The notes under the pieces are model-generated. The model saw only the letters and a program-made list of their open reading frames with translations, made no database searches and was not told the DNA's origin. From positions 52,806 to 116,805 of the forward strand of contig JAGVGJ010000039.1 in assembly GCA_020057115.1 (NCBI GenBank): a DNA stretch of 64,000 nucleotides, given 5' to 3'. Below are positions 28,701 through 37,442 of this stretch, piece after piece. Source of the DNA: Candidatus Omnitrophota bacterium. Lineage in GTDB: Bacteria; Omnitrophota; Gorgyraeia; 2-01-FULL-45-10. The position numbers were made by a program, and so were the translations under genes. Numbering within the stretch: position 1 is the stretch's first letter; each line of letters starts with the position of its first letter.

Positions 28701-29002
28701 AACATTATCAAAGTTCTATCGATCTCAATCCGAAGAACTTCAATGCCCTGCATAATCTGGGTAAAACATATATAAAGCTCAAGAAGTATCAGGAAGCGCT
28801 CGCATGCTACCAGAAGATCGTCGATGCCAATGCGGCCGACGGCGTAGTCTATGTAGATATGGCGCTGGCCTACGGCCTTCTGGGCGACCGGGATAAGGCG
28901 GTCGAGATCCTGAAGCAGGCGAAGAAGGTATACGAAGACCGGGGAGACGAAAATAGCGTCAGGCAGATAGACGAGTGTCTTGTCAAATTAAAGACGCCCT
29001 GA
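25718..29002 (+). CDS. Fusion protein: N-terminal polytopic membrane domain, spermidine-synthase-like (PABS) methyltransferase-fold domain, and C-terminal TPR repeats
   Basis: 1094 aa with about 12 TM helices. The central region carries GLGTGTLAAY, ELDPEVY, DAR and DILIVDAFSGDSIPIHLLT (spermidine synthase-like). The C-terminal ~350 aa hold at least 8 TPR-like repeats (...YY..G.Y..A...Y.KAL...P...). Confidence 0.7.
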   Translation: MMKKMFSIKAIVFIAAFLLFQIELIISKLLLPKFGGSYTVWGAAIVFFQATLLLGYLYSHFVIQKFGIERYRRFHIGLILLTLLFFPGRPLPAIAPVEHLPMVLNIFWQLSRTIGVSFFLLSTTSIIFQSWLASSELPEKKDPYSLYGVSNLGSFAALLTYPFLFEMSFDLGVQLGIWRFFYIILVLLHIVALRSVKVVSPVAEEARPVESAPIKTKLRWFALGGAGVIMFLSITNIITYEIAPIPLLWIVPLSIYLLSFVLNFKRKSWCPAWIRDKFHLVIAFGVMLYFMTEIAALEFMIKVMCYIFVLFATCMFCQNELYARKPQDSRNLTEFYLVIALGGFCGGVLVSWIMPLVTASMAEYLIGLLLITGAMALGEEKWRIDNYSIKLIAYLLILVIVWPFIFSGYNIFGILILWAVFAFVYSKLKARPVAMAVSVLVLLGLSLTSFLPSIWGNYTYLYRHRNYYGFYKVYEAKEKRSLTNGSILHGAQYLSKDRQSEPLTYYSYSTPVGAVLKSPFFDFKRIGIVGLGTGTLAAYGAPDRTIDFFELDPEVYGIAKKYFTYLDDSKSKITYVIGDARLSLAAVPAEYYDILIVDAFSGDSIPIHLLTVEAITEYQKRITRKGIVLFHVSNRYLDLAPVLFANANTVLAYACMDRNRSLFDDTAASEWVAMTWSPATYDIMMSQMKWKKSPGGANKVSRPWTDTYSNILSVFQSENLLAQVRNFRPFYWDANPVADKARDAYYYFVEGSFYMSKNEIDKAIRSYQKSLKSNPASASVLNGMGFAYYRKGDYPLALEYFKKAVTAKPNDENILYNMGNVYFKINDYEQAIECYKKSLEIKPNDPDSLRNLARAYSKTGQPREAKAYFKKAIDVNPNAFDVRLAYQFEQEVSRLEEAIRKDPKDAASLNSLGGVYFRQAEYGKAIECYKRAMDVKPDDVESVNSLGYAYYTQGNYPKALELYQKGLSMRPKDADVLHNLGNTYYKTGAFQKAVEHYQSSIDLNPKNFNALHNLGKTYIKLKKYQEALACYQKIVDANAADGVVYVDMALAYGLLGDRDKAVEILKQAKKVYEDRGDENSVRQIDECLVKLKTP

Positions 29003-29020
29003 CGCTGATTCGCGGTATTT

Positions 29021-30136
29021 ATGAAAAGATGTTTTAGATATATGGTGCTGGGACTGGCGATATTTCTCGGAGGCTGTGCCTCCGGAACGCCGTATCTCAA
29101 GCTTGACCAAGCCCTGCAGAAAGATGTGAAGGTGTTTAACGGCGGGCAATATATCCCGCTCGTTAAACTTTGCGACGTATACGGCCTTGACTGGAAGTGG
29201 GATCCGTACACGAAGAGCGCCGTTATAGAGAGAAAGGGCAAGATAGCGCTTGTCGCCGGAAGCGACAGCATACTGATAAATGGCGCTTTAGTAAAACTCG
29301 ACAGGCCCGTAATACAGACGGACGGCGCTATGTATGTTCCGATATCTTTCATGAAGCAGGCCTTAAGCCGCATAGTCGAATATCCTCTTTCCAAGAGGCC
29401 GGCCGAAATGCCCATATCCGGAGGGTCTGGTAGATTTACGATAAGAAGCGTAGTCATAGATCCGGGCCATGGAGGAAAAGATCCGGGCGCCATAGGCGGG
29501 AGACTGCACATAAAAGAGAGGGATCTCACTCTTGCCGTATCAAAGAGGCTCAAGAATAAGCTTGAGGAGAACGGCATGAAGGTGATCATAACAAGAGACA
29601 CAGATACGTTCATACCGCTTCCTAAGAGGGCTGATATAGCCAACAGGAGCGGTGCTGACCTCTTCATCAGCGTTCATATAAATGCTTCCCGTTCCAGGGC
29701 GATGAACGGCTTTGAATGTTATTACCTATCGGAAGCCACCGATGATAACGCAAGGGCCCTCGAAGCGCTCGAGAATGCGTCCATAAAGCTGGGCGAGGGC
29801 GCGGCGCTTGAGCACTCAAGCGGCGTGGACAAGGCGCTCTGGGACATGACGCTCACCGAGAACAGGCGCGAATCTGCGGCGCTCGCAAGCTACGTATGCA
29901 GCGCCGTAGAGAGTAGTTCCGCCGCCAGGAACAGGGGCATAAGGACCGCCAGGTTCTCCGTCCTTAAAGGCACGCGCATGCCGGCGGTGCTCCTTGAGAT
30001 GGGATATATTAGCAACAGGGATGAAGAGCGGCGTATGACCGATGACCGTTATTGGGACAGGATGATCGATGCAGTGGCTCAGGGCATCCTGGCATACAGG
30101 AGTGAATACGAAAGAACGGAAGGATTCACAAATTAA
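29021..30136 (+). CDS. N-acetylmuramoyl-L-alanine amidase (AmiC-like) lipoprotein
   Basis: Lipobox LGGC, the Amidase_3 motif VIDPGHGGKDPGAIG, and a DLFISVHINA segment. Confidence 0.85.
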   Translation: MKRCFRYMVLGLAIFLGGCASGTPYLKLDQALQKDVKVFNGGQYIPLVKLCDVYGLDWKWDPYTKSAVIERKGKIALVAGSDSILINGALVKLDRPVIQTDGAMYVPISFMKQALSRIVEYPLSKRPAEMPISGGSGRFTIRSVVIDPGHGGKDPGAIGGRLHIKERDLTLAVSKRLKNKLEENGMKVIITRDTDTFIPLPKRADIANRSGADLFISVHINASRSRAMNGFECYYLSEATDDNARALEALENASIKLGEGAALEHSSGVDKALWDMTLTENRRESAALASYVCSAVESSSAARNRGIRTARFSVLKGTRMPAVLLEMGYISNRDEERRMTDDRYWDRMIDAVAQGILAYRSEYERTEGFTN

Positions 30137-30137
30137 T

Positions 30138-30932
30138 ATGAGCGACAATAGACCTATAGGCGTCTTCGATTCAGGCCTGGGCGGGCTTACCGTAGTCGGC
30201 CAGATGCAGTCGATACTGCCGAAAGAGACCATCGTATATTTCGGGGACACGGCAAGGGTGCCGTACGGGACGAAATCAAAAGAGACGGTCACCAAATTTT
30301 CAGTAGAGAATGTCGAATTCCTGATGAAGCATGACGTGAAAATGATAGTCGTCGCCTGTAATACCGTATCAAGCTTGAGCCTCGACTTTCTTAAGAGGTG
30401 TTTCAGGGTCCCGATAATAGGGGTTATAGAGCCGGGCGCCAAGGGCGCCTTGAGCGCGACAAGGAACAACAAGGTCGGCGTGATAGGCACTGCCGCAACA
30501 ATATCATCCGGAGCTTATGAGCGGACGATAAGGAAACTAAATACGAGGATATCTTGCTTTAGCCAGAGCTGCGCGCTGTTCGTTCCGCTCGTAGAGGAAG
30601 GGTGGCTCGATAAGGGCGTGACGGCTGATGTCGCACAGACGTATCTCGTTCCGCTCAAGAAGAAGGGCGTCGATACGCTGATACTCGGGTGCACGCATTA
30701 TCCCATCTTAAAAAGGGTCATCGGCAAGGTCATGGGGCCCAAGGTGGTCCTGATAGATTCCGCGAAAGAAGTGGCAAAATGCGCCAGGGAAGTGCTCGAT
30801 GCGAACGGGCTGCTTAATGATTCAAATGCCAAACCGAGGCACAAGTTCTTCGTCTCGGATGAACCTGAGAAGTTTGCCCGGTCAGGAGAGAAGTTCCTGA
30901 AGAAAAATATGGGCATGGTGAAGAGGGCGTAA
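30138..30932 (+). CDS. murI: Glutamate racemase
   Basis: Starts MSDNRPIGVFDSGLGGLTV. Conserved VVACNT and GCTHYP active-site motifs. The listed ORF from 30069 overlaps the amidase gene. Confidence 0.9.
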   Translation: MSDNRPIGVFDSGLGGLTVVGQMQSILPKETIVYFGDTARVPYGTKSKETVTKFSVENVEFLMKHDVKMIVVACNTVSSLSLDFLKRCFRVPIIGVIEPGAKGALSATRNNKVGVIGTAATISSGAYERTIRKLNTRISCFSQSCALFVPLVEEGWLDKGVTADVAQTYLVPLKKKGVDTLILGCTHYPILKRVIGKVMGPKVVLIDSAKEVAKCAREVLDANGLLNDSNAKPRHKFFVSDEPEKFARSGEKFLKKNMGMVKRA

Positions 30933-30951
30933 GGCAAGGAGTTTTGCTCGA

Positions 30952-31323
30952 ATGTATGAAATAAAAGTGAAGAGCAGTTTCAGCGCGGCACATAACCTTA
31001 AGAACTATAAGGGCAAGTGCGAGCACCTGCATGGCCACAACTGGGCCGTCGAGGCGGTATTCCGTTACGAAGCCCTCGACAAGGACGGGATGGCTATAGA
31101 TTTCAGGCTTGCCAAGAAGGTGCTCAAAACCGTTACCGAAAAATTGGACCATTCGTATATGAACGAACTGAAGATCATAAAGCACATCAATCCCACGTCG
31201 GAGAACATGGCAAGATTCATCTACGATTCCGTAAAGAAGAAGAATAAGAATATATATCATATTTCCGTATGGGAAAACGAGAACTCCTGCGCCACATACA
31301 GTGAGGAGCGAGTTTTACGTTGA
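30952..31323 (+). CDS. queD: 6-carboxy-5,6,7,8-tetrahydropterin synthase
   Basis: 123 aa with the CEHLHGHNW motif, in a queDCEF operon. Confidence 0.85.
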   Translation: MYEIKVKSSFSAAHNLKNYKGKCEHLHGHNWAVEAVFRYEALDKDGMAIDFRLAKKVLKTVTEKLDHSYMNELKIIKHINPTSENMARFIYDSVKKKNKNIYHISVWENENSCATYSEERVLR

Positions 31324-31991
31324 AACCTAAGGCGGTCATTCTTCTTTCGGGCGGGCTTGATTCAGCCGTCATGTTATATTACGCCTCAGATAAAGGCTAT
31401 GATTGCCATTGCCTCGCTTTCGATTATGGCCAGAGGCACAAGAAAGAGACGGATTTCTCAAGGCTGATAGCCCGCAAGGCCGGGGCAAAGTTCACTGTCT
31501 TCAAGCTCGACCTTCCATGGAAAGGGTCAAGCCTCCTGGACAGGAAGATGGCGCTGCCCTCCGGCAGGAGCCCGTTAAAGATAAAAGGGGGCGGTATCCC
31601 GACGACATATGTGCCGGCCAGAAATACGCTATTTTTAAGCGCGGCGGCATCTTTTGCGGAGGCGATAGGCGCAAGGGCGATATTCATAGGAGCGCATTAT
31701 GAGGATTCGAGCGGCTATCCGGATTGCCGCAAGGAATACCTCGAAGCTTTTGATAAGGTGATACGGCTCGGCACGAAAGCCGGGACCGAAGGCAGGCTGG
31801 CGTTAAAGTATCCGCTTATAAGCCTTAAGAAGAGCGGCATAATAAAATTGGGACAGAAGTTTAAGGCCCCTTTTCGCCTCACATGGTCCTGTTATAATGG
31901 CGGCCCCAAGCCGTGCGGAAAGTGCGACTCCTGCGTCTTGAGGGCAAAAGGCTTTAAGGACGCCGGGATAAAAGATCCGGCGACGAGTTAA
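31320..31991 (+). CDS. queC: 7-cyano-7-deazaguanine synthase
   Basis: LLSGGLDS PP-loop motif and a C-terminal CGKCDSC zinc motif. Confidence 0.9.
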   Translation: MKPKAVILLSGGLDSAVMLYYASDKGYDCHCLAFDYGQRHKKETDFSRLIARKAGAKFTVFKLDLPWKGSSLLDRKMALPSGRSPLKIKGGGIPTTYVPARNTLFLSAAASFAEAIGARAIFIGAHYEDSSGYPDCRKEYLEAFDKVIRLGTKAGTEGRLALKYPLISLKKSGIIKLGQKFKAPFRLTWSCYNGGPKPCGKCDSCVLRAKGFKDAGIKDPATS

Positions 31992-32702
31992 ATGAAAAAT
32001 AAAGACTTGAAAGCTGACATAGCGGAGATATTCTCGTCCGTTCAGGGTGAGGGCATATTTGTAGGCGCGAAGCAAATTTTCGTCCGGTTCAGCAAGTGTA
32101 ACATGAACTGCGCTTACTGCGACGAGCCGAGGAGCCGAAAGGCGAAGAGTTATTCGGCCTCCGGCCTCATGACCGAGATAAGAAGGCTGAATAAGAAGTC
32201 CGGCCCCCACCACTCCGTATCATTTACCGGAGGCGAGCCGCTCCTTTACGCGGATTTCCTGCGAGATCCGCTCGAGCTGTTAAAAGAAGAGGGTTTGCGT
32301 TCATACCTTGAGACGAATGGCACGCTCCCGGAAGAATTGGCTAAGATAATAGGGCTCCTTGACATAATAGCAATGGACATCAAACTCCCTTCGTCTACAG
32401 GGGAGAGGGAGTTCTGGGTGGAGCATTACGAGTTCCTTAAGATAGCTTCGGCGAAGAAGGTGTTTGCGAAACTCGTCGTGACGGCGAATACGGTAGCGGA
32501 AGACATACAGAGATCAGTAGAGCTTATTAAGAGCGTAGATGAATCTATCCCGCTCATACTGCAGCCTGCGACAGCGATCAATCCTCTTGAGAACAGGATA
32601 GACAGTCAGACCATAATGTCATTCCTTGATATCTGCTCAAAGAACAGGCTGGATGACGTCAGGGTGATACCGCAGGTACATAAAATACTGGGGATAAAAT
32701 AG
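31992..32702 (+). CDS. queE: 7-carboxy-7-deazaguanine synthase (radical SAM)
   Basis: CNMNCAYCDE radical-SAM-like motif, QueE family. Confidence 0.85.
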   Translation: MKNKDLKADIAEIFSSVQGEGIFVGAKQIFVRFSKCNMNCAYCDEPRSRKAKSYSASGLMTEIRRLNKKSGPHHSVSFTGGEPLLYADFLRDPLELLKEEGLRSYLETNGTLPEELAKIIGLLDIIAMDIKLPSSTGEREFWVEHYEFLKIASAKKVFAKLVVTANTVAEDIQRSVELIKSVDESIPLILQPATAINPLENRIDSQTIMSFLDICSKNRLDDVRVIPQVHKILGIK

Positions 32703-32705
32703 AGT

Positions 32706-32732
32706 AGGGGCAAGGGTCCTGGGCCCAGGGTC
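32706..32732 (+). repeat. G-tract repeat in the queE-queF spacer
   Basis: Sequence ggggcaagggtcctgggcccagggtcc. Confidence 0.7.
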
Positions 32733-32751
32733 CAAAAGAAACGGTGATACG

Positions 32752-33204
32752 ATGAAGAGTCCGACATACGAAGGGTTGCAGTGCAAAATAAAGAAGTTAA
32801 ACACGCCGGAGATAGAGGTCTGGGAAAATAATTATCCGGAGCGGGATTATGTGATAGAGATAGATATCCCGGAATTTACCTGCATATGCCCCAAGACGGG
32901 ATTGCCGGATTTCGCGGATATAAAAATAAGATATATAGCCGATAAGCAGTGTATCGAGCTAAAGTCGCTCAAATACTACACTCTGTTTTACAGGGATGTG
33001 GGGATATTCAATGAAAACGTCGTAAATAAGTTCATGGATGACTTTGTGAAGGCTGTGAAGCCGCGCTGGGCCCAGATAACGGGCGTGTTCAACGCAAGAG
33101 GCGGGATAAAGACGACGGTTGTGGCTGAATATAAAAGGGGCAAGGGGCCAGGGTCTCCCGCCCATATGGTATCGAGGGGCGGGACAGGCGGGGTCCAGAG
33201 ATAA
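32752..33204 (+). CDS. queF: NADPH-dependent 7-cyano-7-deazaguanine reductase with an unusual Gly/Pro-rich C-terminal tail
   Basis: FTCICPKTGLPDFA and E.KSLKYY motifs. The last ~25 aa (GKGPGSPAHMVSRGGTGGVQR) are encoded by the G-repeat at 33137-33198. Confidence 0.85.
   Translation: MKSPTYEGLQCKIKKLNTPEIEVWENNYPERDYVIEIDIPEFTCICPKTGLPDFADIKIRYIADKQCIELKSLKYYTLFYRDVGIFNENVVNKFMDDFVKAVKPRWAQITGVFNARGGIKTTVVAEYKRGKGPGSPAHMVSRGGTGGVQR
33137..33198 (+). repeat. Extended G-tract repeat at the queF 3' end, just upstream of the fumarase alpha start
   Basis: Sequence ggggcaaggggccagggtctcccgcccatatggtatcgaggggcgggacaggcggggtcc, with six or more G3-4 tracts. Confidence 0.7.
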
Positions 33205-33208
33205 AAAG

Positions 33209-34051
33209 ATGCGAAAGATCCATGTTTCAAAAATAAAAGAAACCGTAAAAAAACTTTGCCTCAAGGCGAATTTTGAGCTGAGGAAAGATATCCTTTGCGC
33301 TCTCAGAGCAGCCGAGAAAAAAGAGAAAAGCCCGAGAGCCCGCACCATCCTTAAAGAGATAATAGAGAATGCGGAGCTCGCGAAGAAGAAGAGAGTCGCC
33401 ATATGCCAGGATACAGGTGTAGTATCGGTCTTCTTGGAGATAGGGCGCGATGCGGCGCTTACCGGAGGCAATCTTGAGAAAGCTATAAATTCCGGAGTGG
33501 CCGAGGCTTACAAGGAAGGATATCTCCGCAAATCTGTGGTCGGAGATCCTTTCTTAAGAAAAAATACAGGGACGAACACCCCGTCGGTCATCAATATAGA
33601 TGTCGTCGAAGGCAGCAGGGTCAGGATAGCAGTTTCGCCGAAAGGTTTCGGGAGCGAGAATAAATCCAGGATAAAGATGTTCAACCCGACCGCTCCTATA
33701 AAAGAGATAAAGAAGTTCATAATCGATACTGCCGTTGAAGCAGGCCCGTCCGCATGTCCTCCGCTTGTTTTGGGGGTGGGGATCGGCGGGACTTTCGACA
33801 AGGCGGCTCACTTGGCGAAGAAGGCCTTGCTCAGGCCGATAAACAAGCCGAACCCTAATAAGCGCATCAAAATATTGGAAAAGGATATCTTGAAAGAGAT
33901 AAATGCCTCAGGCATGGGGCCGATGGGCCTGGGTGGAAAGACGACGATACTCGGAGTGAACATGCTCGAGTACCCGACCCACATCGCCGGTCTTCCCGTA
34001 GCTGTCAATATCAGCTGCCATGCGACAAGGTCGGCCGAGGCTGTCTTATGA
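33209..34051 (+). CDS. Class-I (Fe-S) fumarate hydratase / tartrate dehydratase alpha subunit
   Basis: Starts MRKIHVS. Has the Fe-S hydro-lyase alpha catalytic-domain motifs (CQDTGV, SPKGFGSEN). The listed ORF from 33119 overlaps queF. Confidence 0.8.
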   Translation: MRKIHVSKIKETVKKLCLKANFELRKDILCALRAAEKKEKSPRARTILKEIIENAELAKKKRVAICQDTGVVSVFLEIGRDAALTGGNLEKAINSGVAEAYKEGYLRKSVVGDPFLRKNTGTNTPSVINIDVVEGSRVRIAVSPKGFGSENKSRIKMFNPTAPIKEIKKFIIDTAVEAGPSACPPLVLGVGIGGTFDKAAHLAKKALLRPINKPNPNKRIKILEKDILKEINASGMGPMGLGGKTTILGVNMLEYPTHIAGLPVAVNISCHATRSAEAVL

Positions 34052-34590
34052 TAAAGTTAAAGTTGCCTCTTAGTAAAGACGCGATAAAGAGCCTTAAAGC
34101 AGGTGATGAGGTTTCATTGAGCGGCACGATATTTACCGCGAGGGATGCCGCTCACCAGCGGCTCTCAGAGCTTATTAAAAAAGGAAAGCGTTTACCGATA
34201 GATCTTGCGGCCTCATGCATATATTACGCAGGCCCGACGCCTGCGCGCCCGGGCATGGCGATAGGTTCATGCGGCCCTACTACAAGCTCCAGGATGGATG
34301 CATTCACCCCCGCGCTTATCGATCGCGGACTTATGGGCATGATCGGTAAGGGCGGAAGGTCGTCGGATGTCAGGAATGCTATAAAAAAACACGGAGCCGT
34401 ATATTTTCTTGCGACAGGCGGAGTGGGGGCGCTATTGGCCGCAAAAGTGAAGTCCTCCAAAGTCATCGCTTACGCCGATCTCGGGACTGAAGCGATCCAC
34501 AGATTAGTGGTAGAGGATTTTCCGGTTATAGTCGGCATAGATCCGAAAGGAAGAGATATATATGACAAGGCAAAACGGAAGAAAGCCTAA
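34048..34590 (+). CDS. Class-I fumarate hydratase / tartrate dehydratase beta subunit
   Basis: 180 aa with [11 protein letters not shown] and [10 protein letters not shown] motifs. Confidence 0.8.
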   Translation: MIKLKLPLSKDAIKSLKAGDEVSLSGTIFTARDAAHQRLSELIKKGKRLPIDLAASCIYYAGPTPARPGMAIGSCGPTTSSRMDAFTPALIDRGLMGMIGKGGRSSDVRNAIKKHGAVYFLATGGVGALLAAKVKSSKVIAYADLGTEAIHRLVVEDFPVIVGIDPKGRDIYDKAKRKKA

Positions 34591-35287
34591 CGAGTTACGC
34601 AAGATAAAGATAGTCAAGGATTTTATAGAATACGCGGAAGGCTCATGCCTCATCGAATTCGGCAATACGAAGGTCATAACTACTGCGTCGGTAGAGAATA
34701 CAGTCCCACCGTTCTTAAAAGGTAAGGGAGTGGGCTGGGTGACGGCCGAGTATGCCATGATACCCCGCTCTTGCAAGACGAGAGTCCCGCGCGAATCCTC
34801 GAAAGGCAAGGCAAGCGGCAGGACGCATGAGATCCAGCGGCTTGTCGGCAGGGCGATGAGATCGGTCGTAGACACTTCAAAGCTGGGCGAGAGGACTATA
34901 TGGCTCGACTGCGACGTCATCCAGGCCGATGGCGGCACGCGCTGCGCCAGCATCACGGGCAGCTTCATATCTCTTATCCTCGCCCTTGAGAAGATAAGAG
35001 GAAGCGGGCTCATCAAAGATATCCCCGTAGGCGACTATGTGGCGGCCGTATCTGTCGGGATGTCTAGCGGCAAGCCGATACTCGACCTTGATTATGAGGA
35101 AGATTCATCGGCGGAAGTGGACATGAACATCGTTATGACAGGGTCCGGAAAGTTCATAGAGGTGCAGGGTACCGCCGAAAGGGAGCCTTTTGAAAAGAAG
35201 GACCTTGATTCGCTCATAACGCTGGCGAAGAAGGGCGTGGATGAGCTTGTGGCCATACAGAAAAAGGCGTTAAAAGGGATATTTTAA
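34562..35287 (+). CDS. rph: Ribonuclease PH
   Basis: 241 aa, RNase PH family ([21 protein letters not shown]). Confidence 0.9.
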   Translation: MTRQNGRKPNELRKIKIVKDFIEYAEGSCLIEFGNTKVITTASVENTVPPFLKGKGVGWVTAEYAMIPRSCKTRVPRESSKGKASGRTHEIQRLVGRAMRSVVDTSKLGERTIWLDCDVIQADGGTRCASITGSFISLILALEKIRGSGLIKDIPVGDYVAAVSVGMSSGKPILDLDYEEDSSAEVDMNIVMTGSGKFIEVQGTAEREPFEKKDLDSLITLAKKGVDELVAIQKKALKGIF

Positions 35288-35884
35288 TTGGCACGAAAGC
35301 TTGTGGTAGCCACAAAGAATCCTAAGAAACTCCGTGAGCTGCAGAGGTACCTTAGGACGGTAAAGGCGAACGTCGTCTCCCTTAATAGTTTTGACAGGCC
35401 GCCTGACGTGAGGGAGGACGGCGATACGTTCAAAAAGAATGCCGTCAAGAAAGCCGTCAGGATATCAAAATTCGCCAAAGGTCTGGCGCTTGCGGATGAT
35501 TCAGGGCTTGTCGTGGACGCCCTTAAAGGCGCCCCAGGAGTAAGAAGCGCGCGTTTCGCCGGCCCGGGCAAGAACGATAAAGATAATTGCCGAAAAGTCC
35601 TCGCGCTCCTTGAAGAAGCATCTTCAAGAAAGAGGACGGCGCGTTTCGTCTGCGCGGTCGCGATCGCCGATCATGGCAAAGTCGTAAAAGTAATAGAAGA
35701 GGATTGCAGGGGCTTGATAGCGTTCGAGGCGAAGGGAAGGCACGGCTTTGGCTATGACCCGTTATTCCTGATACCTAAATACAACAAGACATTCGGCCAG
35801 CTAGGTTTAAAGGTAAAGGATAAGATGAGCCACCGTTCCAAGGCCCTTAAAAAAGCAAGAGTGTTTTTGAAGAAATATCTTTAG
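35288..35884 (+). CDS. rdgB: Non-canonical purine NTP pyrophosphatase (RdgB/HAM1)
   Basis: KLVVATKNPKK.RE aligns with the RdgB N-terminus. Conserved GFGYDP and SHR motifs. Apparent TTG start. Confidence 0.8.
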   Translation: MARKLVVATKNPKKLRELQRYLRTVKANVVSLNSFDRPPDVREDGDTFKKNAVKKAVRISKFAKGLALADDSGLVVDALKGAPGVRSARFAGPGKNDKDNCRKVLALLEEASSRKRTARFVCAVAIADHGKVVKVIEEDCRGLIAFEAKGRHGFGYDPLFLIPKYNKTFGQLGLKVKDKMSHRSKALKKARVFLKKYL

Positions 35885-35918
35885 CGCATAGCATGGATTT
35901 TTGATATAATTTTTGCCC

Positions 35919-35995
<77 letters not shown>

Positions 35996-36000
35996 TTTTC

Positions 36001-36077
36001 GTCCCTGTAGCTCAGTTGGATAGAGCATCTGCCTTCTAAGCAGGTGGCCGCCTGTTCGAATCAGGCCAGGGACGCCA
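36001..36077 (+). tRNA. tRNA-Arg (anticodon UCU)
   Basis: Acceptor GTCCCTG/CAGGGAC, anticodon loop cTTCTAa, T-arm GCCTGTTCGAATCAGGC, and encoded CCA. Confidence 0.9.
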
Positions 36078-36087
36078 TATTTAGGAT

Positions 36088-36615
36088 ATGCAAGATATGA
36101 AAATCGGAAGACCGCCAATGTTCTTTGTGCTTATAGGCATATCTTGCGCAGTTTTATCGTGTGCCGTATCGGCCAGGGCTACAGCCGCGGGCGCTGGCGG
36201 CGAAGAGCCGCGCAGGTCCCTAGTCAAAGCCACAGGGACGGGATATATCTCACGGGACGCCCGAGACCCGAGACAGGCCAAGTTACTCGCCAGGCGGGCC
36301 GCGATCATTGACGGATACAGGAAGCTCTCGATCTCCCTCGGGGAGATAACAACATATATGAACGACAATGATGCAGTGGTGGAGAAGAGCGGATTTATAA
36401 GAGGAGCAAAAGTGCTGGGCGTCCGCTACCTGGATGGCGGGAAGGTTGAGGCGGATGTGGGCGTGGGCATAGGCATTACGAGCGAAGCTCGGGAGAAGAT
36501 CTCCGGAGAGGGCCATGCGGTTGTCTATAGCGGGAAGACGCTCGGCTCCAAAGGAAGAGTGATAACTAAAGAGGAATGGGTTGAATTGACAAACAAGAAA
36601 GGGGTGTCCGAATGA
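36088..36615 (+). CDS. LPP20-like secreted protein (one LPP20 domain)
   Basis: Signal peptide, then KATGTGY...ARRAAIIDGYRKL...GAKVLGVRYLDGGKVEADV (LPP20 pattern). Confidence 0.6.
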   Translation: MQDMKIGRPPMFFVLIGISCAVLSCAVSARATAAGAGGEEPRRSLVKATGTGYISRDARDPRQAKLLARRAAIIDGYRKLSISLGEITTYMNDNDAVVEKSGFIRGAKVLGVRYLDGGKVEADVGVGIGITSEAREKISGEGHAVVYSGKTLGSKGRVITKEEWVELTNKKGVSE

Positions 36616-37427
36616 AGATCTTAAAAACGGCCGCATTGTTCTCGATATGCATCGTTCTTATGATGGGCTCAGGCTATGCCGAATCCACGGGACAAGAGAA
36701 GCTTATGGCGAAGAGGGCGGCTACGGTCGACGCCTACAGGAACTTGGCCGAGAAGGTGAATGGCCTGCAGATAAATGCGCAGACTTACGTCAGGGATTTC
36801 GTTGCGGCAAGTGACCAGGTGAATACGGCTCTGGACGCATTCTTAAAAGGAGCTCGAGTAACCAACACCAGATATCTTCCGGACGGGACATGCGAGGTGG
36901 ATGTCGAGATGGGCGTAAAAGAGCTTGTGCGGGAGCTTGAGACGATAAAGAAGCAGACCGGGTTTCTTATTTTCTGGCAGACCGTATATTTCGATAAGAT
37001 AACGGAATACTATAAGGAGAGCATTGTGAAGGCCACAGGAGCCGGAGTTCCGCCAGAAAAGTATTCTGCCGGCACCGCTCAGGCTGCAGCCGCAGCCCCA
37101 GATTGGTCTTCGCGCAAAGAGGTCGCTACCGGTACCGGCGTGCCGCCTAAGGATGCTACGGGCGCAGAGGCGAGGATCATGGCGGAGCGCGCAGCAAAAC
37201 TCGACGGATTGAGGAACCTGGCCGAAAGGGTATACGGCGTCAAGATAGACTCTTCTACTACGGTAAAAGATTTTGTAACGAAGAATGACCAGATCAAGGC
37301 TGAGGTCGACGCGTTCTTAAGAGGCGCAGAGGTCTCAGATACGCGCTATAAGGATGACGGCTCTGTAGAAGTGGATGTTTCGGTGGACCTGAACGGCGTA
37401 TGGGGCATACTTAAAAATGCCCAATAA
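36612..37427 (+). CDS. Tandem-LPP20-domain lipoprotein
   Basis: Signal peptide and two repeats of ATG.GVP..AKRAA.VDAYRNLAE.V.G..I...T.V.DFV...D.....VDAFL.GA.V...RY..DG..EVDV. Confidence 0.65.
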   Translation: MKILKTAALFSICIVLMMGSGYAESTGQEKLMAKRAATVDAYRNLAEKVNGLQINAQTYVRDFVAASDQVNTALDAFLKGARVTNTRYLPDGTCEVDVEMGVKELVRELETIKKQTGFLIFWQTVYFDKITEYYKESIVKATGAGVPPEKYSAGTAQAAAAAPDWSSRKEVATGTGVPPKDATGAEARIMAERAAKLDGLRNLAERVYGVKIDSSTTVKDFVTKNDQIKAEVDAFLRGAEVSDTRYKDDGSVEVDVSVDLNGVWGILKNAQ

Positions 37428-37442
37428 GCAGGGAGATAGAAC

